DNA of 64,000 bases, from assembly GCF_018977255.1 (NCBI RefSeq), contig NW_024704742.1:3288001-3352000 (forward strand), read 5' to 3'. Both the position numbers and the translations under genes were made by a program. The stretch is from Callorhinchus milii. Lineage: Eukaryota. This document shows, piece after piece, positions 38,977-53,132 of this stretch. Each line of letters opens with the position of its first letter. Positions within the stretch are counted from its first letter, which is position 1. The notes under the pieces are model-generated. The model saw only the letters and a program-made list of their open reading frames with translations, ran no database searches and had not been told where the DNA came from.

Positions 38977-41900
38977 TGCCTTGGGAGGAAGTCGGTCAGG
39001 TGACTAGCATGATGTCTATTTAAACTAGGTACAAGGCAAGGTCTTGAATTTTCTCCATGGTAACCGATTCCAATTGAATGCTTTATTAGAGCTGATGACA
39101 ATTAGCACTTTTCTTTTGAAATTCACTCTACATATTACATCCAATTTCTTACTTTTGAAGTCACAGAGGAGATCAAAGACAAGAACCTGGTAAAAGCATC
39201 ATAGCTCTCCTCTACGGCCATAATCATTACATGTGATAATGTAAAATCCTTAATAACTATAAATATCCTAAGTGACAATTATTGGTTCAATTTGCACAAG
39301 TTGGAAGATCCATTGAAGATTACACAGAAAATGGAAAAACGTAATACCAACATCTGCCTCCAACATCTGAAGATCTGAAGCTCAATGTAATGAAGTCGAC
39401 TTCCCCATATTATTTTGCCTTGTCTGAAAAAGGGTATTCCAAATCATCATTCTCATTACGGTTGCTCCGAACATGGCTGTAAAAAGTGCCGCTGTGTGTT
39501 CCAGTTAACTGTTGCAGTTTCGTTTTAGTTTCGTGCCTCTGACATTTCGCTGGAGATAAACAGAGGTCCGAAATAATCCGCCACCCCACCCCAGCTCCAA
39601 AATACAGTCAGTTAAAGTCAAACAGAACCTGAACCTGCAATGGAATAAGAAAAGACTGTTTAACCTATTAAACCAGTTCAATCCACAAAGCCGCCCAAAG
39701 CCTTCCCCACTCTCCCATTCCTGTATCTCAGGGAAATGTTACTCCCTGATTCCTGAAAGAAGTATAACCACAATATTCATACTTCTTTCACCGGCAATAG
39801 CTTCACCCCTCTTCACTTGCCCCATCAATTATTTTTTTGGCTGGGAATGTGTTCAACATACAAATGAATCTGCAGTGAAACATTCACTTCCAAAGTAATA
39901 AGAGGCCAGGACTCTGAAGCTGTTACCAATAATAATCCTTGCATTTGACATAGCGCCTTATCATGTCTTTGAGACGCCTCAAAGCGCTTCACGGAATGTA
40001 CTGTAAGGTGAATTGACTGTATGTTTTGTGGGCGAAACGCGGCAGCCAATTGCGCACAGTAGTGTCCCACAAACAGTCGTGGATTGAGCGACCAAATTAT
40101 TATCATCATTTATTATTTTTTGAAGGGATTTTTACCCTAGGAGAAGTGAAATATTTAAGAAGCAGTGAAATATTTAGTGTAGTGAGCATTCTGAAAGGGT
40201 GAGATCGAATGAGCCACAAGACCTTTTTCATCCAAATCTCTCTTGTGATCTGGTGACCTCCTCTGAGTGCGTTCAAGTCTTACCAGTTTCAAATCCTTGC
40301 CCGCAAGGTACAAGTCAAATTGTCCGCTTGTCCAATTTTCTCATCATTTTAAAGAGTTGTTTCACGCGACTCTCGATTTTTTACAGCACATGGAAAAAAA
40401 ACAATTTCAGTTCTTCTGCAAATCTCGCTTCATAGTTTGGAGCCCAGAGGCCAAGAATCATCTCTTGGCCTTGAAAATATAGGGTAAATATAGGGTAAAT
40501 CTCTGGAACTACCTTCTTCACCCTCTCTGCCTTGACCTTTCAATGCCCATCTTCAACTCGCACCTTCTTCTTCAATTGTGCCTCCAGTCAACTCCCCTTT
40601 TCTGGCCATTGCTCCACTTACGCTGCGCTTTTCACATCTCAACGCTTTTCAACTCCACAGTAGAATACTCCGTGGTTCAGGATCCCGTCCGTTGTTTGAT
40701 TTGCTTTGTTGGCCACTTGGGCCGAGTGCCACCGAGATTGGAAGGTCCTGTATCATCAATCTTGAAATGCTATGCATTAGCTTAACCAACCCCGAAACAG
40801 CGAGAAAGCAGAACTTTAAGTGCAACATAATTCAAAGAGCAATAGACCGACTGAGGTAGTCCAAATTCTCTTTAAACAAAGGGTTTTGCCAAACACAATT
40901 TTGTGTGTGTGTGTGTGTGGGAGGGTGTGGTGTTTGGGGGGGTGGTGGAGGGAGGAGGGTAGGATCTACAATAAAGAGCTGTATATCCCACTAATTCGGA
41001 CAAATCTCATTGTGGATATTCAAATTACCTGGTTATCAGGTCATCATGCAAAATACAAGGTGGCTGCATTGCTAACGAAACACTTCTTCTATCAGAAAAT
41101 CTGGAGTTATTCTGTCTTTATAGCGCCACACTCTTCCAGAGCTTTCCTCTTTCTCTCTCTCTCTCTCTCTCTCTGTAAAATTCTTTCTCTCTCCGAGTCT
41201 GTTCCTCTGAGCTAACTAAATAGTAAACTACCTTAACTCAGAGGTTAAGTGCAACATCACTGAAAACGTACTAATCAACTAAAATTATGAAACAAAATGC
41301 TGTGAACAACTTATACAGATAAACGTTAGTGTTGTGTTCCGTGGCAGCCACCCTTTGATTCTAGCACTTGATTTTTTTTAGAGAGGATTGCGGTGTTTTC
41401 TGACAGACCCCGTTACATTCTGGGCATCCCTTTACTTGTAGGTTGAAAACTGTGGCTCCCAAATACTGGTTTATCATTCAGAATACAGTACATGGAGCCT
41501 TCTAAGCCACACGAGGACTTACAGGAGGATAAAAGTGAGCCATTTGCTTGTAGAGCTGGTAGTTGCTGATTGATATTAGCCCATGTACATTGTATAATTC
41601 AAATAGGAGTGATGTTCAGCTTTGTTTTACTTCCTGGGATCAATAAATACAGCCTTGTATGTATTGAGCACGAGCACCAATATGAAGTGCCCAAGCTCCT
41701 CATGTACAAGGGAATCTTAGTGCTGCTACAAAACTAGGGGCATGCACGTTTACAATGCTAAGTTTCAATTACAACTGAGCGCGATGGCATTGCGAGGCTC
41801 TGAAATCCATCTGCCTTTCAGCACAGATTGTCAGGAATACGACAAAGCACATATGGTCATTTATGATAACCCGGGAGAGCGAGTTATGGACAGCTTCACT

Positions 41901-42756
41901 CACCGAGATATCGTACCGCATGACTAGTCGAGATACATTCTATATCTGGAATTGGTTCACTTCACGGCTGTTCATGGGACATTGCTGTGCGCAATTTGGC
42001 TGCTGAGTTCAACTACAAAGTATACAGTCACTGCACTTTAAACCCTGTGAAGCACTTTGAGGCATTTTGGCAATGATCGGCACCAAATCTCATGGCCTTA
42101 AGTGAAAGAGAAGAGCTTGTCCTTGTTTCTTGTCCAGCAAATCACCCCACTTTACATTATATCATGCGAAGGCACTGAAGGTGCTGAGGGCTTATTATGA
42201 TTGTTATTATTGCTCACAGATTTCACCAAAATTATTATACGGTAAATAAAATTAAACATAAATAACCTCCATCGATGCTTCTAAGAGGAAAATCAATACA
42301 AACGCGAGGGAGGAGGGTATAAGCGTGATATCACGGGAGGCTAGGAAAGAGGCACGTGGGCTCGTGGAGCGTAAACACTGGCTTAGACTAGTTGGGTCTG
42401 TCTCTGCGATGTAAATTCTGTGTAAAACATGGCCCCCAAAAATTTGTGCGTGCGTTACATGGAATTTATAGCACAGAAAAAGCACAGCATCGTCAAAGTA
42501 AAACATGCACAAAAAAACATTTTTCTTGCAGTATTTCATTTAGTGCCCACCCCCCCCCCACCAAAAATACTCTTAAAGGGAAATTTAAGACGCATTGCTT
42601 AGAATTGCACCGATTCGAAGGGAAAGAGTTGTGAGCAGACTGCAAACCAGCTATGTTTCTGCGCCAGGCTGGCTCGCCAGAGCCCTTTACTGGCCAATGT
42701 GCTAACTGCACGCATTATCGTCTTATATTGTTGAGTTTCCAAACACACAACTTAAA

Positions 42757-43129
42757 ATAATAATAATCGTTACGTTTGACATAGCGCCTGATCACGTCTT
42801 CGAGACATCTGAAAGCGCTTCACGGAATACACTGCAAAATGACTTGACTGTGTATTTTGTGTGCGCGGCAGCGTCCCCGCGATCAGTTTGAGTGTGACCT
42901 AATTATTATTATTTTTTAAAAATTTATTTATTGTTTTGAAGGGATTATTGCCCTTGGAAAAGTGATCCGCCAATCGGTTAATGACTGAGTTCCTACTTAC
43001 TGCCAGGTAAACAGCGGCGCGTGTGTGGAGTAAGGCAACTTGCCCAAAGTTTCGCCCCCTGCCCGGGAATCGAACCCAGGTCCTCTCGCTCGCGAGACGA
43101 ATGCTCTAACCACTGAGCGACAGGACACC
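42757..43129 (-). mobile_element. Family B SINE, full length, intact B box
   Basis: Reverse-complement head gtcgctcagtggttagagcattcgtctcgcgagcgagaggacctgggttcgattcccggg. Confidence 0.85.
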
Positions 43130-45003
43130 AAACTGATATGCATCAGAATGTCCAACCTCCTAGAATATTCCACCTAACAACGGCTTATTTTCCTCACATT
43201 TTCCCCCGGTGAGGGACAGGTGGGTTTTGCCTAATTATCTGCTGATCGGAATTCTGAGAGGTGTTAACATAAGCGGCACATTTGTCCGAATTAACTGAAG
43301 GAAATTGCCACACGTCTTCAAACAGTCAGGGTGAAAGTGCAATTGTCAGTGTGAAAAAAATAAACCAAACACTGACCCCCATCCCCCTCCCCTCCAAAAA
43401 CCAATCTAAGTAACCTGCAATGGGCCGTGCCTTCAAGGGCTTATGGTTGTCTGATTCTTTTGAACGAGCACGAGACCGGAATCATTACGTAAATAAACAA
43501 AAGATTCGAGTGGTTTGATCAAGCCAGTAATTATTTAACTCGGTGATGCTATTACATGCCAATTAAAGAGCCGGGAACCTCAGGCCTGGGCAAGAGCGTT
43601 GTAGAGAAGGTAACTCCGTTGGGGATAATAGAGACAAACCGTCGAGAGGAGAGAGGCATGAGGCTTGCGTAAATGTCAGGCGGTTTGGAATAAACAGCAT
43701 CCAACACTGTCAACGGTAACTAACTTGAGTCAAGCTATGAGGCAATAGGATGTGTTGAGCTGCGTTGTTCACCAGGAAACTCGTAGGGAGTTCCTGGTAC
43801 CCATCATCCACCCGGTGAGGGCTCAAACGCAGGCTTGTCGGAAGCCAAAAGACCAACTAGCGACTGTCGTCCTGGAGGTGGGTGGGGGTGGTGGGTGGGG
43901 GGAGAGGTAAAGGTGGGGGGCTTCTCATTGGAGCTGAACTGTATTATTTTTATTATTTTAATATATTATTATTTTAATACGTTAAAAATCAACAGTTATT
44001 TTTAAAAAATCAATGTATTACAAATCAAAGCATAGTTAAAAGTAGGGATGGAACTAAGCGGGATATACGAAAGCAGGATGCAGTAACAAATTAAATGTGT
44101 CTTGCGGACAATAAAGAAGATGATAAAAGGTTTCAACAAACCTACTGTCCCCGATACAACTATAAGAAAATGTCTCAGAGGTGCCCTCGTGGAGGTGTAT
44201 GAAATTTTCAATGGGATTGAAAAAGTAAACCCAGAAAAATACTCTCGGATGCACCAATAACCCGCAAACAGCCAGTGAGCGAGTGACCAATTTTACCACT
44301 TGGAGGACTATAAAGAGAAGTCGCTGGGAACGCGCAGCAGATCAGGCAGCATCTATGGAGAGAGAGAAATGAGTTAGCGTTTCAGGTCGATAACCTTTCG
44401 CCTCCACAGCTGCTGCCTGACGTTGCTCTGCTGTGTGTTCCCAGCGACTTCTGTTTTTATTTCAGATTCCCGGCACTAAGCAAAACTCCCTTCTCTTTTC
44501 AAATTGTGCCAAGGAATCTTGACTCCTGAACAGTCAGACAGGGGCCTTGGTCTAAAACCTCACGCAAAGGATGAGACCTCTAACACTACCGAGTCTCCTG
44601 GGACATTACCCTGCGTGAGGGGCACTCTGTAAATGCAAGTTGTTATTGTTGTTGCTATGTTCTTGACGTACAATCACACCTTAAATCAGGGCTGACCAGA
44701 TAGTGATCAGGGGCAATAAACCAGCTGGTTATTTCCTCTCCCCAGCCTGGGAAACTGAGACTAATCGTGGCCATCATGACAGCCTGAGATCAGATAACTC
44801 AGCACTGACTTTCACTCAAACTCGGGACCTTCCCGGTGTCGACGTTTTTTTATTCCCGTTTACCCAAACCTGTTGCGCCCGAGAACGTTCGCTGGCGAGT
44901 CGAGTTGCGCCTGCGGGCGGCCGCAAACCAGCCAGTCCTTTTACGAGCAATCACAGCGGGAATCGTGTCCCTTTTCTTGTGTTTTTTTTAAAAACCGACG
45001 AAG

Positions 45004-45184
45004 GTGGAGTGGTTAAAAAATGAAGACGTGATCAACCCAATGGAGGACCGTAACTTCTACATCACCATAGACCACAACCTGATTATCAAGCAGGCTCGCC
45101 TCTCCGACACCTCCAACTACACGTGTATTGCCAAGAACATAGTGGCCAGGAGGAGAAGCACTACAGCCACTGTCATTGTGTACG
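45004..45184 (+). CDS. UNC5C: UNC5C exon 5 (181 nt), rest of Ig2
   Basis: Acceptor ccgacgaag|, donor |gtaagc, phase 0-1. Translates [60 protein letters not shown](V), matching ORF 45004..45231. Confidence 0.97.
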
Positions 45185-45242
45185 GTAAGCTGACACCTGA
45201 CTGCGCATCGGTGGGTAAACTAGCACCTTGACGCATAAGAAG

Positions 45243-45909
45243 AATAATAATCCTTGCATTGGATAAACACAGCGCCTTATCACGTCTTCGAGACATCTCA
45301 AAGCGCTCATCGCGGAACACACTGTAGAGTGAATTGACTGTATGTTCTCGTTGCAAAAAAAATTATAATCCGATGCTTTATTGTACGCCCGGGACATTTT
45401 ATCGTACAGTGACGTAGCACTTTATTACGCTGTGATGCAGGACTTTATTCTGACTGACACTTATGCTGTACGTTGATGCATTGAAATGCTTAAATCATAA
45501 TCATAATGTTGTCGCTCAATCCGCGACTGTTTTGTGGGACTCTGCTGTGCGCAATTGGCTGTATTTCTTATATTACAGTATATTCTGTGAAGTGCTTTGA
45601 GACGTCTCGGAAGACCTGGTAAGGCGCTGTATCAAATGCAAGGATTATTATTATTATAATAATTCCTTATCACATCTTCGAGACGTCCCAAAGCGCTCAA
45701 AGCAGTGACCCAATTCTTTTTTTAATTTTATTTTTGAAGGGATTATTACCCCCAGAAAAGTGATCCGCCAATCGACTAACAACCAGGTTCCTACTTACAG
45801 AGGCCTGTGGAGTGAGGAAACTCGCCTAACGTTTTGCCCTGCCCGGTAATCTAACCCAGGTCCTCTCGCTGGTGAAGAGAGCGCTTTAACCAATACACTA
45901 CAGGACTCC
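45243..45909. mobile_element. Cluster of three SINE pieces (minus 45243-45350, plus about 45505-45658, minus family B about 45656-45909)
   Basis: The shared tail consensus is read on alternating strands, with a tail-to-tail junction aggattattattattataataattccttatcac. Confidence 0.8.
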
Positions 45910-48205
45910 ATTTTCTACTCAGAAACTAACGGGCAAGAGGGAGCAAGTGCTAATAAAATAATCTGCGGCTCCAAATGAAAACAAAAACCTCTCAAGCAGT
46001 TTATGAAACTCGCTGAACTGCTCAATGAATCTTTTTTTCTTTTCTTGTACCGTAATTAATGTTTTTCCATCAACTGCTTCTCACTAAGCAGCTATGCGAT
46101 TGCCAATTTCCTTCTAACTTCACCGGGTGAAATCATTCCTTGTTACCAACTACTCTCTGTGTAATTGACTCTGAACTCCCTGTTGCTCTTCATGCAGCCA
46201 TTCTCTTGGTGTCTTATTGCCATCCAGGGAGATTGCGCCGGCAGATTGTGGCCGCACACCCAAGCAGGGATCAGATAACTATCTGGCCGAGAAATTGATT
46301 GAATTGTATGTGAAATAAAGTTGCGTAGCGTGATATAATACCTATTTAACTTCCAGGCCTGATAGATCCTCAAGGCTTTCATCGCTTTCTAGGTTTCGCC
46401 CACAAAATACACAGTGGATTCACTTTACAGTATATCCTGTGAAGCCCTTTGACACGTCTCGAGGACGTGATCAGGCGCCATAGCACATGCAAGGATTATT
46501 ATTATTATTAATATATATATATAAATAAAAAAAATTAGGAGGACAAAAGGCAGCTTGAAGCATCAAAGCCTCATCTCTCTGTGGCTTTAAGTCTCCCATC
46601 ATATCATTTAATCACATTTAACCCCAATGGTTTTTCTTATGTTACTTTGTTTGATAGATTACCTCAAACATTTATCACTATTTCATTAAAAATATCCCTT
46701 CTGGTATCCTTTCCACTCCAGATAATCAAATATGAGTCATTACGCTTGACAGCCATTCTCTGTGAAGCACTTTGAGATGTTTCAACAATTTTAGTGCTAT
46801 ATCAAATGCAAGAATTATCATTAATCACTTCCATATAGAAATTTACATTACAGACTCACTGTGTCCAATGTCTTCATTATTCTCTGGCTAATCATTCCTT
46901 TTGTCTTCATTACTCTCAAGGTAATCACTTCCATTCCATTTTCCAGTGCCTTGGGATGTCCTTCCCATGTGAAAGATTCTATATAAATGCAATTTGTTAT
47001 TTGTTGTTGTATTTTCTCTCGAGGTAATTGCTCCCATGCTTTCATTGCTCCGTACAATACAACACAAATTTATATTTATACAGTGTTATTTTACATTCGG
47101 AAGATATACGAAGCTACTTAATAATCTTGGTTTGGCACCCGAGCTGGCCGTGGGAGCCAAGGGGGCATTGAGGAGGAGAAAGCTGACCGAAAGTACAGTC
47201 AAACAGATAGTTCTTGAGGTAGATCTTGAACAAGGTGAGGAAGGGAACAAGTCCCAAGGATTCTGAGATGGAGTTCCAGAGAGCGATAACAGCCGATAAT
47301 TCCACTCACAACCATTTCACTCCCAGAAAGATAATTTACCGCAAAAAGTATCGTGGATTACGACAGGAACCATCTGGATTCTCAACCTGTTGAAAATGAT
47401 AAATTGACATCCTATCTTCCCGCACCTCATCTCTGACTGTTTATTCCACTCGTCTTTGTTTTGATTAAAAACTGACATGAATTGAATGTTTAAAAATGCT
47501 TTAAACTGCATCAGAGCACTGTCTAAAGCCGAGGCTATTACAATTCTCTTTGACTTGTGCCGTTTATTTTCTAAGTCAGCTGGTGAGTCGATCATTGTGG
47601 TGCTGTCTCAGCGTCTCTCATTTGGACCCTTGGTAAAATGATCACTCAACCCAGAATGACTTTAATGTTTGACTCATATGACAACGACGACCTGTTAAAA
47701 TGTGCAGCCGAGAACAAGAGTCCTCTCACAACTCTGCTAGTGTTCCCTGTTGGTGTGGCTGCGTATTCCCAGGCAATGAAGAAACACGTTGGTTCATCAG
47801 CCCAGGTTGACCTTGAGCTAGTGACCAACCGTCCAATTCACAGTGAATCTTAACACTGTAAAATGATCAACTTTCTTTCAAATGAATAAAACAAGTTGTG
47901 GCATGGGATTTGCTGCCGCAAGTCGATGTCCAGTACTGGTCGAAGGTTTCACGAGTCGCTGCAGAAGTGCTCTGGGATGCCACCGTGAGTGAGGGGGCTT
48001 TAGGTAAATGCAAGTTGTCGGTGCTGTTGTTGAGTCAACTGTGTGGACGCTCCTGTAAGGCAACATCGAAAGAAATTGCGACTCTGAATTGGGCTTTCAT
48101 TTGGTTCCAAATCATCCATTTCCTGAATTAATTCTGAATGTCTTATCTTCACGTTTCTCCCTCTCCCTCTCCCCCCCCCCCCCCCCCCCCACCCTCCCCA
48201 CCCAG

Positions 48206-48373
48206 TTAACGGTGGCTGGTCAACTTGGACCGAGTGGTCGGTCTGCAACAATCGCTGTGGAAGAGGCTACCAGAAACGAACACGGACTTGCACCAATCCT
48301 GCACCGCTCAATGGAGGAGCCTTTTGCGATGGTCAGAGCGTCCAGAGAATTGCCTGCACCACCATGTGTCCTG
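48206..48373 (+). CDS. UNC5C: UNC5C exon 6 (168 nt), TSP1 repeat 1
   Basis: Acceptor poly-C...cccag|, donor |gtaaat. Translates [56 protein letters not shown](V), with the WxxWxxW motif. Confidence 0.97.
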
Positions 48374-50205
48374 GTAAATGAGAAATCTCAACAGTTAGCC
48401 GGATTTAACTTGATTTATTGCAAAAATCCTTTAACCTCTTGAAGCATTCTCTCCCAGCTTCTTGACCTAAAAACTATCTTGTAGTTCAATAAACCATAGA
48501 ATAGTACACTCATTGCCACTTCATGCCTCTGCTTTGTTTTACGTGAATGGTTCATGACAATTTAATGTTATGGGATCTTTCTCTCTGAGAACTGGGCTGA
48601 TACTGTTCCCAAATCATTTTACTTTAGTCCTGACAGTCAGCAGAGTGAGAAAAGGTTTTTATCCCGACATTTTGGACTTGGGTTCCAGAGACCAAAGGAC
48701 ATTGCGTTAATCATCAGCACAGCCTCCTTGTCCACTCATCATTCATTTAGATAGTATCAACCCAGTTCCAAGCGGGCGCAGGCACTTAGCACAGAACTGC
48801 TGCCAAATCCAGCGAAACAAATAGCACCAAATATCCCCTCAAGTTCAGACAGTCCTGAGGGAAGGTTGGTGTAGCACGTGGAAATATCACATTGATTCAG
48901 TAGGTGCTCATCTTCTGAGTTTGGGGTTTGAGACACAATGCTGAGAATCAATAGAAAGGAGCAAATAGGATGAATGCAAAGGTCTGCTCAATATTTAGCA
49001 GATTGAGTGAACCAAGTGATGTAGATCGTGGACTCACACCAGTTATGGGAATGACTGCAAGCCTGGTATTAGATCTCTAGCTCGTGTGTCCACTGCTGTA
49101 GTAAGATTCGTTGTTTTTTTAAATCAAAATGCAGATAATCCTGCCAACCAGTAGTGGAAAGCAATGAGGTCAGATCAGTTGCTCCAAGGCTGGCTTTGCA
49201 GACTTCCCTATTGAGAATGGTTAGCGGCGGTGATTTTAACACACATGTCGGAGGCCCATTTGTTGTGCTAAACTTTGAACGGGCAACTAACATGACCCCA
49301 ATAGAAAACACTCCAGAAAAAATGAAATTAACAGGAATTATATGTGTTTGCCTAATAGGTAAATTTCGTAAATTGCTAAGGCTATTCGCTTCTCAAGGGG
49401 ATTAAAGGGACAAGCTCAATGGATTTGCGCTTAAATCATTTCACGTAACAAAATTATTTGCTTAATAGAAAACCCAAAGTCCTAAATAATTGAGATCTGA
49501 GGTGCAGTTAACTCTAGTGCTGAATTGTGTTTCTATCTTTTAATCGAAACTGAAACAACAACAAATTACATTTGTATAGGGTCTTTCACATCGGGAGGAA
49601 GTCCCAAGACGCTGGACAGTCAAGATTTTGGAGTTGAGATCAGTAGGGGGGGGGGGCGCAGGGGAGGCCAGGGAGGGTGGTCGTAGGAAGGTAATTGAGG
49701 ACACGGTGGAAGAGGAGTATCTTGAGATGGGTCTTGGAGGATTGGAGGAGACAAGGGAGGGGAGGAGGTCAAGGGAGCGTGCGATGGAGTTCCAAAGGGT
49801 GAGTGCAGAGAGGCTGAAGGCCCAGCTGCCAACGCAAGGCTGTGGAGGGCTATGAAAGCGAGGACGAGGATTTTGAACTCGATCTTTTCAAAGAAAGATC
49901 TGCTTCAAGGGGATGTTTCATACTTCCAGGCTTTGCTAATTTATTGGAAAAACAGGTGACCAGAGCACTTCTGGGTTGAAATTCCAGTCGGTCTTATACA
50001 GAGCTCCTTGGTGATGCCTAATTATAATGGGGGAATATCCCATTAGTGTCTGACATTGTCAAAGGAGCTATCCATTAACTCCAACTGGATTTTCTTTCCA
50101 ACGGTGCATATGGAAACATGTAGGGTGGGATGGGGAGGCATTTATGCGTCCCTGGACCACATGCTACCCTTAGTTGAGGCTACAGACATCATCACTGAAG
50201 CTCCC

Positions 50206-50408
50206 AATAATAATAATAATAATCCTTGCATTTGATATAGCGCTTTTCATGTTGGGAGGACTTCCCAAAGCGCTTCACACAACACATTATAAAGTGAATT
50301 GACTGCATATTTGTGGGTGAACGCGGCAGCCAATTGCGCTCAGCAATGTCCCACTGTCCCACAAACAGTCGTAGATTGAAAATGACCAATTTATTATTGT
50401 TTTTGGTT
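50206..50408 (-). mobile_element. Young SINE 3' fragment, same subfamily as 32587 and 34402
   Basis: Shares the diagnostic cagtcgtagattgaaaatgaccaatttattattgtttttggtt; has a 7-bp internal duplication tgtcccactgtcccac. Confidence 0.85.
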
Positions 50409-51699
50409 CAATAACACGGCTCAGTTGACAGGATTCTCACCTCAGGGTCAAAACATTATGGTAAAGCCCCATGTTGGGGCTTGAGCTTATAGAGCAGGCG
50501 ATACTGGCAGTGTGCTGCATTGTCAGAGGTGCTATCCACTAATGATGAGAGTCTCTCCCAGGATCCTAGCCATCAAATCCTCCAAATAAGTTGGCCACGT
50601 GCTGTTGTTAGATCTCGCTCTGCACGAATTGATTTGGGTACAAATGCACAGTCACTGACCTCGACACCAATTACCCGTGAAACACTTGGAGACATTTCAA
50701 CGTTATAGGCGCTATGTGGAATGCTAGGACTGTTATTAGTGAAATTCGATTGCCCTGACTGCTGGGGACAAGTTAGTTAGAGATCTGATTTCCTTGCTTC
50801 CTCGACTCCCGGCAGTGTTTCCCTACAGTGATCCTGCCGGAATCAAGAGAACTGAGGAAATCAAACGTGTGAGCCATCAATCCGTACTGTGAGCACTGCT
50901 ACACTGAGCCCTCACACAGCCTCTGGGGAAGATTCAGTCAGGTTTGGGGTCAGTGATTTGTCAGAACTAACAGCTGTCCTGGTCAAGTGCACAGAGCCCC
51001 TAGATATCAAGATATTAAGCACTTGGCTGCAAAGCCCCTGTGTTGAGTAGACGAATAACACTCACTGCGAAGGCTCATTCCTAAATAATAGATCGTTTGT
51101 TAAGGAGCCAGAGTAGAGGCCCGGTTCCCCTGGAACCGTGGCTCAGTCGAAGGAAGAAAAAGAGCTCAAAGCAGAGTTCGTGAAAGGACCAATAGAGAAA
51201 CAAAATTAAAGGAGAGAAAGTGACCGAGTTGGAAGGCTGTACTGTTTGGAATATGTTGGATTGGATGGTGCAGGTGACACTGTACCTGCTGAGTGTTGGA
51301 GATTGTAGTTTGTAACTTTGGGTTGATAGCCATTAACGTTGCTAGCTTCCCTTGAGGGTCAGGCAGAAATGTCACACCGATTCTCATCTTGGTTATTCCG
51401 CTCATGATTCACCACCTCCCTCAAGATATTAAACGAGTTGGGGATTTGTTACTGCTATTTGCTGCAAACAAAAGTGCCTTGATGATATACAATCCCGTTA
51501 GAGCGATGTCAGGAAAAGCTGGCTATTTTTAGCGATTGGAAATATGATAGATTCCTTTTTGAGTAGAGCACAGCAGGTTGTATCTGGTTTGCTGAAGGAA
51601 TGAATTTGAGGGCTGAATGGCCTTTTCTTGTCATAGTTTCTAATGTTCTTACATACAAAGCTGTTTCAAACCTAGAGGGTTCTTTAAGGTAGTATTGGG

Positions 51700-51960
51700 G
51701 AAATCATAGGAACATCATGAACGGGAACAGGAAGAGGTCATTTAATCCACTAAGTCAGTTCCATTAGTTTGTTAGGTTTTAGCAGATCTTCTAAACCTAA
51801 CGTCTCACCCTTTTACCATACCCCTTAATACCTCTGCTCTCCAAGTATCTGTCTCTCTCACTTTTACGCCTCCCTATTGGTTCCGCCTCCACAGTTTTCT
51901 GGGCCAGAGCATTCCACATCATCACAACCCTCTGTGTGAAGAGATGTTGCCTGACCTCAG
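51700..51960 (-). mobile_element. CR1 LINE 3' fragment
   Basis: cataggaac...ggaacaggaagaggtcattt and gcattccacatcatcacaaccctctgtgtgaaga. Similar minus-strand pieces lie near 10120-10400, 16400-16630, 26430-26600 and 32040-32180. Confidence 0.7.
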
Positions 51961-52954
51961 TTGTGTTTGCTTGGCTCTGCTTTTAAAAGAAATCTGCAAT
52001 CTCCCTAAACTGCGGCTGTTGCATTAATCACAACTTGAGATTTGTGACCTATTTTCATGCGACGTTGGCGGTGAAATTCGCCTTTCGGTATCCCCAAGTT
52101 GGCTTGATCCATAACAGATCCTCTGGATTCCAATGGGAATGACTGTAACAGATAGTCTTCTGTTCCGCTGCCCTCCTCTTTCTCTGCTGCTGTCAGATAT
52201 GTGCGGATAGGTGAGGGAAGAAAACAGAGCAAGGATAGAGAGAATATCTCCTTAGGATGCTATTTTAAGAAAACACAAGTTGGTATAGTTTTTACTCTCC
52301 AAAATTGGTATAGTTTTTTTAACTTTACAAAATTGGTTTGTGAATATCATAAATTAGATCTCAACTTCTGCATTGAACCTATTATGGTCCGCAAAGGCTT
52401 CAGGTCTCTTTTCTCGTTTGAATCCTGATTTACGCTGGCTCCTGAAGGCTGGCTTGTTTTCCGATGTGGAGTTTGCCCTGTTTACATTTACGCCCTCATA
52501 AAGAGTTTTTTGAGGAACACACACTCAATTAGATTTTTTTTTCGTCATGGTACTGAGTCACAGAGTCATGGCGCTAAAACTTCCCTCCCTCTCTGGAATT
52601 CAGCTGTTCCGAATTTCAGTTTTAATCAGCGCTGTAGGGATGTTTTCCGCCCACAAAATGCACAGTCAATTCACTTTAAAGTATATTCTGTGAAGAGCTT
52701 TGAGACATCTCGAAGAAGTGATAAGGCGCTGTATCAAACGCAAGGATTATTATTATTTTCGGTGCTTCTGTTGAAAAATTTACTTTTTGCGTTTTAATCC
52801 GCAGCACATTAGAATTTATTTCCAAGATTCGAGCATCATTAAATCCTAAATGCTTTATAATAATCCTAAATGCTCTTTAATCTCCATTAAAGCATAGGAA
52901 CTAAAGCTGGTATGAAAGCTTTTATCAGCAGAAAAAAAAGGGGCTTCCCTCCAG

Positions 52955-53035
52955 TGTGTGAGTGTGTGTGTGTGTGTGTGCGTGTTCGTTTGTGTGCGCG
53001 TGTGTGCGAGCGACTGTGTGTGTGCGTGTGTGTGT
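52955..53035. repeat. (TG)n/(CG)n compound microsatellite upstream of exon 7
   Basis: Direct reading: gtgtgtgagtgtgtgtgtgtgtgtgtgcgtg... Confidence 0.9.
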
Positions 53036-53132
53036 TCGTCCGTGGTGCTGGGCTCCAGGAGGCTTTACATCCGCGATTGGTGCAGCTGTTGCCTGACCTG
53101 TCTATTGATGCTGTTCTCTTGTCAAACCTTAG

